A stretch of 63,851 nt of DNA, filler included, from Hausera hauseri (Eukaryota), in NCBI GenBank assembly GCA_046269625.1. It is 11 parts of 11 records of this genome, joined end to end, with 100 filler letters (N's around TTAATTAATTAA, not from the genome) between each part and the next. Parts side by side here need not be neighbours in the genome. Positions count along the whole stretch, not along the records: positions 27,384 to 41,668 come from JBJURY010655440.1; positions 41,769 to 49,588 come from JBJURY010902536.1; 9 more parts are not named here. One strand, 5' to 3'. This document shows, piece by piece, positions 33,776-44,700 of the stretch. The notes under the pieces are model-generated. The model worked only from the letters and a program-made list of their open reading frames with translations, made no database searches and was not told the DNA's origin. Made by a program: the position numbers and the translations under genes. Position 1 is the first letter of the stretch. Each line of letters begins with the position of its first letter.

Positions 33776-35338
33776 ATGTTGCACACCTCACCGTGGCTAT
33801 GCACAATTCCTTGCCACAATTACCGAATGTCCATTACAGCAGCAAACCGCAATCGTAAATTCAAGTGTAAAATTCACGGCCAGATTACTAGACGATGTCT
33901 ATACCTCACCAGAGAATTAGATCACGTCAAAATACTGAATTTAAGTATAGAACTTTTACTGCTACAGTTTCTGACTCTTTGTGCATTCCTATTGTCGCTA
34001 TAGCCAATATTTTGAATACGTTTAACGAAGCAAATAATTCCCTGTTAAACGATAGAGAATTGAGACATTTAACTCAGGCATTAGCTATCCTGAGCCGTAG
34101 TGGACTGGAATTTATCTCGCGTCACAATCGCCAACGAGATATTGAAAACAATAATGCCAGTTCCACTCCCTAATGGTATTGTAGGAAGACCTATAACAGA
34201 CAGAGAATTGAACATTCTTGTCGATAAAGTTATGGTCCTCACTGATTATCTCCAAGAAATAAGTAATTACGATAAACAAGACCCCATTGATCAAGATACT
34301 CATTTTTACATTACCTTTGCTCTCAGACTATTAGCAAATCGCATTGATGGTTTTGCATACCGTCATGACATCGTGCTGATACAGCGCGAATAATTCCCCT
34401 ACACAGAAAACTCTTGATGAAACTTTTTCTGCCTGGCCAACAGATTCTGTTTCGTTAATTTTTTTCCTGTGTTTCAAATAAGGTTTATATTAAAAAGTAG
34501 AATGCCCAATCACAGTAGTCCATCAAGAACTCTATTTTTCATCAAAGTACATTTGTTTAAAACAATCCAATTACTTCAGCAAATTAATAGATCAAGACTA
34601 GTTGACCATCATGAACAAAATATTGTAGAAATTGTTCATCTTGTTTTTGAACTCGCAAATCACCTTAATGTTTTTTACACCACCAATGGACTTGCCAATT
34701 TTGCATATTGACATTCCCTCAGCCCATACCTTATTTTCCATCCAATTAAAATGGAAAATTTTCATCGCAGCATTAACGAGAGAATACTCTTTGCTACGAT
34801 TAGAGCTAATATTAGCAGACTCAACGATTTGGCAACAAACATTTCGTATATCAGTCCGTCAAACTTAACTACTGAAATTTACGACATAATTGATTCAGTC
34901 ACAGACTCCCTTGCGACATTAGAGAATGAACCAAGAGCCACAACAAGCTCCAACTTTACCGTTCAGACAGGGACAAAGAGACCTGCAAAGAACGGTCGCA
35001 CTTATTGAATGCACACTTCTTATTCTAACTGATCTCCTAATTAAATTTGATCAGCACAATACCATAGATAGATGGGACGTAATAATCTTCCTGTTACGAC
35101 AAATAAGTGACGCTCAATTTCAGCTTTTAATGATTTTATAAAAATGGAAGAAGCACCAGTAGCTACTCCATTTGCTCTGTTACAAAGATCTGCAGAGAGA
35201 CTCCGCGATCTCATAGTCTATTATCATACACTAACTCTTGAGGAAATCAGACAAAGCCTGATCCTCACGCAAAGAGACATTTACGAAACTCTCATATTTT
35301 ATACAAACGAAGATAGACCACATATTCCCCACTTTTAA
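33776..35338 (+). CDS. Array of about 7 small (64-92 aa) co-oriented ORFs between LTR and gag
   Basis: ATG ORFs at 33776-34003, 33895-34173, 34154-34393, 34502-34711, 34751-35008, 34926-35141 and 35144-35338. Tightly packed, amphipathic, partly self-similar. Confidence 0.55.
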
Positions 35339-35579
35339 TTAAAGGACAGAGTTCAGGACATTTTCTTTATTTATGTGAAGTGAAAAGAGACACTGCAACT
35401 TTTGCTGTTTTGCCGACGAAAATAAAGACATTACCGGCAATTCACCAACCATTCTGGCTGCTTCCTCGTCCAAACGCCGGGAAGCAATTCTGAACGCGAA
35501 CACACGTGAGTATGAACAATTTTTCCAGTTGTAAAAATTGAAATGTTATTTTTTTGACTCTTGTGTTCTCTGACCTGTT

Positions 35580-38240
35580 ATGGCAAACGCGGGAATAGAT
35601 AAAGATCACCCCATATACCAAAATGTCCTAAAAAGTCTAAATAATTTGAGAAAAGAAGAAGGAAGAGAGCAAATTACAAATTTACCACCTTGGTGGACGG
35701 TTTTACCACAACGCCACCTTTTATCTCTTATTTTTCGTTTCAATAAGGAAATTGACTGGCATAAACAAAATCAAATAGCCAACAAACGTCTAGGTCTCCC
35801 ATACAAAAATCAGATTTATCTAAATGAAACAGAGCACCAACTCTGGTTATATAATCATAGACAATTACGCATTGGACAAAATCAAGTCCAATCAGTTCCT
35901 TCTGTTCTCATTGACGAATTTGATGAAAAACTCTATTTTCCTGACGGTAAAATCACCGATCAAGTAGTTTTCATCACAGATACTGATTGCCGTTTAATAA
36001 ACACTCCCACATATGTTGAGTCTCAACAAATTTATAGAGCTACTCATTCACTTAAGGGATATGTTCCCCCGAGTGTTGTTTCATCTGTTCAATCCTCTAT
36101 ACCAGATTTTGCTGGAATACCATCTTCTACTCCGCTTAATTTAACTAGAGACATTGAAGGATTAGATTTAGAAGGTTTAAATCTCGATCCTGAAAGAAAG
36201 GGAAGTCTCCCTCTACAACGCAATAACAGCGATTCCATACTGTCTGTTTCCAATTCGTCTATAGAAACTGTTCATATAAATCCTGAAGTCGACAATCCAT
36301 TTATTCCAACAGACGACTCCAATATAGCACAAGGTGCCATTCCAAAATCTACACCAACCAAAATAGAAGGAGAAGACGATTTTGACAAATCTATTCTCTC
36401 ACCTCCGTTTATTCCACCAATCGTAAAGTCTCCTCTTTATAAACCTCGCATAAGCTTTCCACCAAATTTAGACAAAAATCCATTAACAGAAAAATTATTT
36501 GAAAGAAGGGGACGAACAAAATTGCCTCCCCTTAATATTGAAGCAGCAGAACAATATAGACAGCAAGAAATGGAAGACGCAATTAGAAAAATTCAAACCC
36601 TAGAAAGAGAGAAGGCTGCTCTAGCAGAAAGCCTTCGTAAAGCGGCTATTCAACCAGCCGCCGTAAAAACAGAAAGGCAAGAAATAAGCGACTTGAAAAA
36701 TCAAATGGGAGATTTGATGAATATGGTAAAACTAATGACAATAGGCAACCAAATGAATGTAACCACAGATTCAGAAAGAAAATTGGTAGATAAGTTCCAA
36801 GATGTCACCATGGACACCAATCCTCCATGTCTATTCATTACGTTGGATAGACCAACAAATATCATTCCCGTTTCTGAACGACGATTTCCTGAAACATTGT
36901 CATGCCTTAAACCAACGACGATTATCAATACCGTTGGAACATTTGATCCCACCACCTCACCGGAGGTTGATTTCCGATGTATTTGGGACAGAATTTTAGA
37001 TCAAACTAGAAACTATTCATTGTACGAACATGAATATGTTATGTGTCTCAGAATCGTAATGAAAGGATCAGCAGGCTCAGATCTAGACAGAATGATTAAA
37101 CAATATCAAGGCGATCTTAACCAAATCTTAGACGCCATTCAAGATCTGTATATTCCTCAAAATACGATATTTGATGAAATCATTGAGTTGAACACGTTTA
37201 AACGACGTCCAAACGAACACATGAAATCAATGGTTCGTAGAGCGTCTCTTTTGATTGGAAAACTGAAGCCGACAGTAGCGCCGGCAGCTTGGGACGATCG
37301 TCAACACCACCTTTTGAGTCAAATTATCAAACAAGTAATTGATAAAGAAACTTTTGTCTATCTCAAGGCAGAAGAAATAAAATGCGCACAAATGGGACAA
37401 ACTCTATCAATAGAAGCAATTACGAACATTGTAGATTTTTTCGAAGTCTCTCATAGCCGTGTCCCTACAACAGAAGTAAAATTACAGTATGATGTTCATT
37501 CATGTCGCATTATTACTCAAACTGACGATCAAAATAATAAAACTGAAATTGACGAATTGAAAAATGAAATAAGCAATCTTAAAACATCCATCAATGTACT
37601 TGCCCCCAAGCGTCGTAAAATAGATAACGCAGTGAACAAACCGCTGAATACAGCAAACAGTTCACAACAACGCAAACAAATTTTGCCTAAACGCCGTTTT
37701 CAGCCAACTGAAAAGATGGATACGTCTGAAACGTCTCTTGTAGTCCCACAAAATAATCCAAACAAGAGATCATTTGATTCCAACGTTGGCAAACAGTATA
37801 GTTATGGCCAACCACAGACACCATCACAAAAGCAAAATTATCAAAAGGCAAAAACGAGATTCGTTCCTTCCTATCCTGGGAGTGGCTCACAGAGTACCAA
37901 GACCACTCCCATTCCGTCGCAATATCGCTCGTTGGATTACTACAACGATCACGATAGAACGACGAATTTTTATAAGGGGAAATATTCTTACAAAGGAAAT
38001 AATTACTATCGCTCTAGATCAAAAAGCCCCTATAGAGGAAGATCGCAATATGGTTATTCTAGAAATAGAAGTCAATCCCCTTACAGGAATAATGGCAAAC
38101 CAAAGAAAAGTTATCACTTCAGAGGGAAAAGACATGACGTCGCATTGAATTTTTACAAATGTTCCATTTGTCCTGACGCTCATGAAACTGGTACTTCATG
38201 TACCACGTTTAAGGCGTTGCCATATTCCCCAAACGCATAG
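35580..38240 (+). CDS. gag: Gag-like polyprotein (886 aa)
   Basis: Position before pol, coiled coil plus helical capsid-like core, RS/Y-rich basic C-terminus and CSICPDAHETGTSC knuckle. Confidence 0.82.
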   Translation: MANAGIDKDHPIYQNVLKSLNNLRKEEGREQITNLPPWWTVLPQRHLLSLIFRFNKEIDWHKQNQIANKRLGLPYKNQIYLNETEHQLWLYNHRQLRIGQNQVQSVPSVLIDEFDEKLYFPDGKITDQVVFITDTDCRLINTPTYVESQQIYRATHSLKGYVPPSVVSSVQSSIPDFAGIPSSTPLNLTRDIEGLDLEGLNLDPERKGSLPLQRNNSDSILSVSNSSIETVHINPEVDNPFIPTDDSNIAQGAIPKSTPTKIEGEDDFDKSILSPPFIPPIVKSPLYKPRISFPPNLDKNPLTEKLFERRGRTKLPPLNIEAAEQYRQQEMEDAIRKIQTLEREKAALAESLRKAAIQPAAVKTERQEISDLKNQMGDLMNMVKLMTIGNQMNVTTDSERKLVDKFQDVTMDTNPPCLFITLDRPTNIIPVSERRFPETLSCLKPTTIINTVGTFDPTTSPEVDFRCIWDRILDQTRNYSLYEHEYVMCLRIVMKGSAGSDLDRMIKQYQGDLNQILDAIQDLYIPQNTIFDEIIELNTFKRRPNEHMKSMVRRASLLIGKLKPTVAPAAWDDRQHHLLSQIIKQVIDKETFVYLKAEEIKCAQMGQTLSIEAITNIVDFFEVSHSRVPTTEVKLQYDVHSCRIITQTDDQNNKTEIDELKNEISNLKTSINVLAPKRRKIDNAVNKPLNTANSSQQRKQILPKRRFQPTEKMDTSETSLVVPQNNPNKRSFDSNVGKQYSYGQPQTPSQKQNYQKAKTRFVPSYPGSGSQSTKTTPIPSQYRSLDYYNDHDRTTNFYKGKYSYKGNNYYRSRSKSPYRGRSQYGYSRNRSQSPYRNNGKPKKSYHFRGKRHDVALNFYKCSICPDAHETGTSCTTFKALPYSPNA

Positions 38241-38297
38241 ACGCTTCGGAAGTCGCTGCACCGAAGCTAACTCTCGGATTGACGGACACATCAGCGA
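38228..38297 (+). other. -1 programmed ribosomal frameshift signal (slippery heptamer and pseudoknot)
   Basis: C CCA AAC in gag frame; stem GCTTCGG(38243-49)/CCGAAGC(38261-67); loop TCGCTG pairs with CAGCGA(38292-97). The -1 frame is open into pol. Confidence 0.75.
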
Positions 38298-41200
38298 GTG
38301 TCCCTTTCAATTGTTCTGTAATCAAAATGAGTAAACTGGCTATTCGTAAAACTTTTGAACCAAAACTTTACTATATCACCCTAATCTTGCAAACTGAAAA
38401 TTCTACATGCAAAGTAAATGCTCTTGTAGATATTGGTTGTGCCAAAACTGCAATGTCCAAAATTACTTTTCGGAAACTACACAACAAAGACAGTACTCTA
38501 CAACTCGAACAAAGCGAAGTAAAGATCCAAACTTGTGACGGTACAAACCATTCTATCATGGGATTCATCCAAATTGATATTCATTTTTCTGGTTCCGACT
38601 TCAAGCTACGTCAACAACAAATAATGGTTGTTGAACAACTCAGTGATGAATTCATCATTGGTTCTGACATTCTTGGTAGCGAAGTTGTCTCAAAAATACA
38701 ATCACCTTTCATTTATTTTCACAACTCAGGAAAAGAAATAAAACAGGAAATGAATCTAGTCACATTTCCCCAACTCACTTTACAGTCAATCAAAAATCTA
38801 ATTATCCAACCTTTCCAACAATTTTGCATTTCCACAAAAATTAAAGGAATAAAAGTCCTCGAGACTCCCCTAATATTCAAGTCAGTATTCCCCCACCTCA
38901 AATTGACAAAAATTGCATTTGAGGATGATAACATTTTTGCTTCCATAGAAAATGATTCTAACCACCAAATTGAATTGCAGTCAGGCAATCCAATTATAAA
39001 CATACACAAACCTCCAATGTTAATAGCAACCCCACATGATGATTATATGGATGATGACGAAAAACAATTCTGCATAGAAACTTTTAAACAGGAAGGGTCT
39101 TATCAACCCTCTATCACTGCCTTTATTGAAGAACGTTCCAACATTACAGAAGCAGACAAAATAGATATCCCAGAAAACGTCACAGAGGAAGATTTTATCG
39201 CTATGTTCGAACTTTCCCATTTTAATGAAAAAGACAAAAATTATCTGATAGACATTCTCAAATCAACCAGACCAGCTTTTTCCGTTCACAAATATGACAT
39301 TGGAAAAACTCATTTGATTACCATGGACATTGAATTAATAAAAGATGATGATATCAAAGTCCAAAAGTACGTTCCTATTTCCATGAATGTAATTGACAAA
39401 GCTAATGAAATTCTTGATCAGATGGAGAAATATGACATTATTAGAGAATGTCACTCTCCATCACAATATTGCTCTAACATTTTAGTCATACCTAAGAAGG
39501 ACAAAAATGCAGTCCGATTATTGTTTGCTGGTAGACTACTGAATTACAACACGAAAAGATTACCCGTCGCTATAATCACGAAGGCAGAAATTTTGGCCCA
39601 CCTTGTAAATAAATCTCACTTATCGTCTCTTGATTTTGCCGACGCGTTCTTTCATATTCCGCTTACAGAGAAAGCGCAGAATCTTACAGCGTTTTGGACG
39701 CCAAATCACGCTAAAAAGATGTGTTTTAATCGAGCCCCACAGGGACTCCGTAATTCTCCCATGTATTTAAAAACTTTGCTTGACTTAATATTTTTTGATC
39801 TCAGTGAAAATGTTCTATTTTATGCAGATGATCTTTTGATAGCCACTAATGGAACACTCAAGGAACACTTTGAATTCCTTCGATTAGTACTAGAAAGACT
39901 AGTCACTGCGGGTCTGAAACTTAGACCGCAGAAACTTTTGATTGCACGAGAAACCATAAATTTTCTCGGAATGGTATTTTACAAAAACACACTTTCAATT
40001 CCTGAGCTGAAGCTCAAAGCATTTCGTGAATTACCAGTGCCAAACACCGCGAAAAGGATGAAATCAGCTTTATGCGCCTTTTCATATTATCGACATTTTG
40101 TTCCAAACTTTGCACATATAACTCGTACTTTACATGAGAAGGCCTCATGTAAAACAACATTTAAATTTACATTAACTGATGAGGATATAAGTCAATTTAA
40201 GTCTATAGTGAAGACAATTTGCGACAACGCAATGACTTACTATCCAGAAAAAGATAAACCTTTTTATGTACAGACCGACGCCTCACTATATTGTGCTGGC
40301 GGTCGTTTATTTCAACGCAATGAAGACGGCCATGAAATGCTCATCGCCGCAGTAAGTCGAACCTTTACAAAAACCGAAAGAAATTACACCATTTATAAAA
40401 AAGAGGCACTAGCATTGTTGTACACTCTCCGAGCATTTGATTATTTCTTAAAATATGCTCCAAAATTAATCTTGCTAGTAGACGCCAAAGCACTTACTTA
40501 TATAAGATTGGCTAAAGAAGGTGCCCCTATTCTGCTTCGATTCTCGTTGGAACTTAGTAAATACGAAGCAGACCTCATTCATGTTCCAGGAGAACAAAAT
40601 GAAATTTCCGATCTCCTAAGCAGACAACATAAACATATTCCTGCAATTGAGATGGAAAAACTTGATAGACCGACCATTAGTGAAAAAGACACCATAAAAA
40701 TCATCGACGCACTCACCATTCCGTCAAACTTCTCTTTGACAAAATCTCAATTATTTTTTCTCCTTAATGGTCCCTCTCCAGTTGATGACATAAAGGTTGT
40801 AAAACAAACAAAAAGTAAAGCTCAACCTGGATTGAAAAACGTGAAAAACACGCCAGTTACGTTGCATAAAAGAAAAATCAAAATGCCCCGAACAGTAAAA
40901 GTGTCAGTCATAAAAACTAACAAGAAAATCCAATTCGATGACAATGTCACGTATATAAACGTAATTGAACCACCTCTAATTGAAGGTGAAGATAATCAAG
41001 AAGTCAAATCTTACACAGATGTTCAATCTCATTGCATTATTTCTAATGGTAATAAAATTTCCCCTAAGCAATTTCATTCTCTGCAAATGGCAGACCCCAC
41101 GATTGTGGCTTGCATTGACAATAAAGATAAGAATCTCTCATTGAAAAATGGCATTTTTTATAAAATATGCAACGGAAGTAAAAAGATTTTTCTACCAGAA

Positions 41201-41668
41201 AGTTTGATGGTACCCCTTATTACGCTACATCATTATGTAGCACCTGGGATTCATAAGACCAAACAACAAATTTCACGTGACGTCCGTGAAACTTATTACG
41301 TATCTCAGTCTAAATTCGATCAATGCATCAAAGAACAAATTAACAACTGCCACATTTGCCAGATATTTTCAGATGGTAAACAACATCTTAAGATACTACA
41401 ACTTCCACGTCATAGCACAACCAGGCTCTCGTGGTCAGTTGATCTTGTAACCGATCTGTCAGTATCCGACAACGGCTACAAAATTCTTCTGATAGCAGTA
41501 GACGATTTTTCTAACTACATTGTGGCCATACCACTTAGAACAACAACAGCTAAAGAGCTAATTCAGGCAATTAAGAACCATTTGATTAGCCCTTTTGGCA
41601 TACCTAAGTTCATAAGATCTGATGAGCAACCTGGTATTTACAATTCCAAAGAATTTTTCGCATTTTTC
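38279..41668 (+). CDS. pol: Pol polyprotein: protease, RT, RNase H, integrase N-terminus/core (cut by contig end)
   Basis: LVDIG and IIGSDIL (PR); LDFADAFF, APQGLRNSP, YADD (RT); TDAS, KKEALA, VDAK, SDLLSR (RH); HH..H..CHIC, WSVDL, RSDEQ (IN). Confidence 0.93.
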
Positions 41669-41768
41669 NNNNNNNNNNNNNNNNNNNNNNNNNNNNNNNN
41701 NNNNNNNNNNNNTTAATTAATTAANNNNNNNNNNNNNNNNNNNNNNNNNNNNNNNNNNNNNNNNNNNN

Positions 41769-44700
41769 CGAACCACATTTGCAAGACGTGCCGTAAAATA
41801 AAAAATGCATATGGCGAACCACTTATGCAAGAAGTGCAGTAAAACACTACATTCATATGGTGAACAACATTTGCCGGAAGTGCCGCAATATAGAAACTGC
41901 ATATGGCGAACCACATCTGCGAGAAGTGCCTCAAAATAGAAGATATATATGCTGAACAACATGTGCAAGAAGTGCCGTAAAATAGGAGATGTATATGCAG
42001 AACTACGTTTGCAAGATGTGCCGTAAAACAAAAAATGCACATAGCGAACGACATGTGCAAGAAGTGCAGTAAAACACTAGATGCATTTGGAAAAACACTT
42101 GCCAGAAGTGCCGCAAAATAGAAAATCCATTTGCGGAACCACATTGGCAAGAAGTGCAGTAAAACAGAAGATGCATATGGCAAACCAGATTTCAAGAAGT
42201 GCCATAAAACGGAAGATGCATATGCGGAACCATGTTTGCAAGAAGCGATGTAATATAGAAGGTGCATATGACGATAGAACCACTGCATTTGAAAGAAGCG
42301 GCGTAAAATAGAAGATCCAAATGCGGAACCACATTTGCAAGGAGTGCCGTAAAATAAAATATACATATGGCGAGCTACATTTGAAAGAAAGCGCCTTAAA
42401 ATAGAAGAAGCAAATGAGGAAGCGTATTTGCAAGTAGCGCCGCAAAACAGAAGATGCATATTGCGACCCACATTTGCAAGTAGTGCCGCAAAATAAAAGA
42501 TGCATATGCGGAACCACATGTGCAAGATGCGCCGTAAAATAGAAGTTGCATATGCGGAACCCCCTTTGCAAGAAGTGCGTAAAACAGAAGATTCCCATAG
42601 CGAACTATATATGCAATAAGTGCCGTAAAACACTACATAAATATGGGGAAACACATTTGTTAGAAGTGCCGCAAAATAGAAGATGCATATGCGGATCCAC
42701 ATTTGCAAGAAGTGCCGTAATATAAAAATAGCATATGCGGAAATATGTTTGTAAGAAACGCCGAGAAACACAAAATACATATGGCGAACCACATTTGCAG
42801 AAGCGCCGTAAAATAGAAGAGGCAAATGCGGAACCACATATGCAAGAAGTGCCGTGAAATAGAAGACGCATATAGCCAACTACATATGCAAGAAGTGCCG
42901 TGAAACATTAGATACATATGGGGAAACACGTTTGCCAGAAGTGCTGCAAAATAGAAAATGCATATGGCGAACCACATCTGCTAGATGTGCCGTAAAATAG
43001 AAGACGCAAATGCCGAACCACATTTGCAAGAAGTGCCGTAAAATATTTTATGCATATGCGGAAGCACATTTGCAAGAAGCGCCGCAAAACAGAAGATGAA
43101 TATGCAGAAATATATTTGCAAGAAGTACTGCAAAACAGAAAAACCATATGCCGAACCACATTACCAATAAGTGCCGTAAAATTGAAGATGCTTATGCGGA
43201 ACCACATTGGCAAAAAGTGCCGTAAGACACAAGATGCACATAGTAAACTACATATGCAAGCAGCGCCGTAAAACACTAGATACATATGGGGAAACACATA
43301 TGCCAGAAGTGTCGTAAAATAGAAGATTCCCATAGAGAACTACATATGCAAAAAGTGCTGTAAAGCACTATCTACATATAGGGCAACACATTTGCCAGAA
43401 GTGCGGCAAAATAGAAGATGCATAAGCGGAACCATATTTGCAAGAAGTGCCGTAAAATAGAAGAAGAATATGAGGTACCATATTTGTAAGAAACGCCGCA
43501 AAACACAATATACATATGGCGAACCACATTTGCGAGAAGCGCCATAAAATAAAAGATGAAAATGCGGAACCACATTTGGAAGAAGTGCCGTAAAATAGAA
43601 GAAGTATATGCCGAACCACATATGCGAGAAGTGCTGTAAAATAGAAGACGCAAATGCGGAAGTGCCGTAAAACATTAGATAAATATAGGGAAGCACATTT
43701 TTCACAAGTGCGCAAAATAGAACTTGCATATGCGAAACCACTTTGCAAGAAGTACCGTAAAATAGAAGAAACATATGCGGGACCATATTTGTAAAAGCGC
43801 CGCAAAACAGAAAGTACATATCGCGAACCACGTATGCAAGAAGTGCCGTAAAACACTAGATTCATATGGGAAAAAAAATTTGCCAGAAGTGCCGTAAAAT
43901 AGAAAATCCATATGCGCAACCACATTTGCAAGAAATGCCGTACAATACAATACGCATATGCCGAATTATATATGCAAGAAGCGCTGAAAAACAGAACATA
44001 CATGTGGCCGTCCACAAGTGCAAGAATTGCCGTAAAATAGAATATGCATATGCAGATTCACATATGCAAGACGTGCAGTAAAATATGAGATACATATTGC
44101 CAACCACCTTTGCAAGTAGATTCGCAGAATAAAAGATGCATATTCCGAACCGCATATGCAAGAAGTGCCGTAAAATAGAAGATGAATACGCGCACCCATA
44201 TTTGCAAGAAACGGCTTAATATAGGAAATGCATATGGCGAAGTGCGTTTTACAAGAAGCGCGTAAAATAGAAGTTGCATATGCGGAACCACATTTGCAAG
44301 GAGTGCCGTAAAATAGAAGATGCATATGCTGAACGACATATGCAAGAAATGCGCCAAAATAGAAGAGGCATATGGCGAACCATATCTGCGGGAAGTGCTG
44401 TAAAATAGAAGAAGCAAATGCGGAACCTCATTTGCAAAAGTGCCGTAAAACAGAAGATTCACATAGCGAACTGCATATGCAAGAATTGCTGTAAAGCACT
44501 AGATACATATGGGGAAACACATTTTCCACAAGTGCGGCAAAATATATGATACGTATGCCGAACCACATTTGCAAGAAGTGCCGTAAAACACAAGACGCAT
44601 ATGGCGAACCATATTTTAAGAAGTGCCATAAAACGGAGGTTGCATATGCGGAACCACATTTGCAAGAAATGCCGTAAAACAAAAGACGCATATAGTGAAC

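Larger units (their letters stand above)
27384..41668 (+). mobile_element. Large complex env-bearing Gypsy-like retroelement, circularly permuted (IN-C, env, ORF4, LTR, small ORFs, gag, pol)
   Basis: All genes are co-oriented. The contig starts in the integrase C-terminus and ends in the integrase core, with a single LTR-like block in the middle. Confidence 0.88.
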
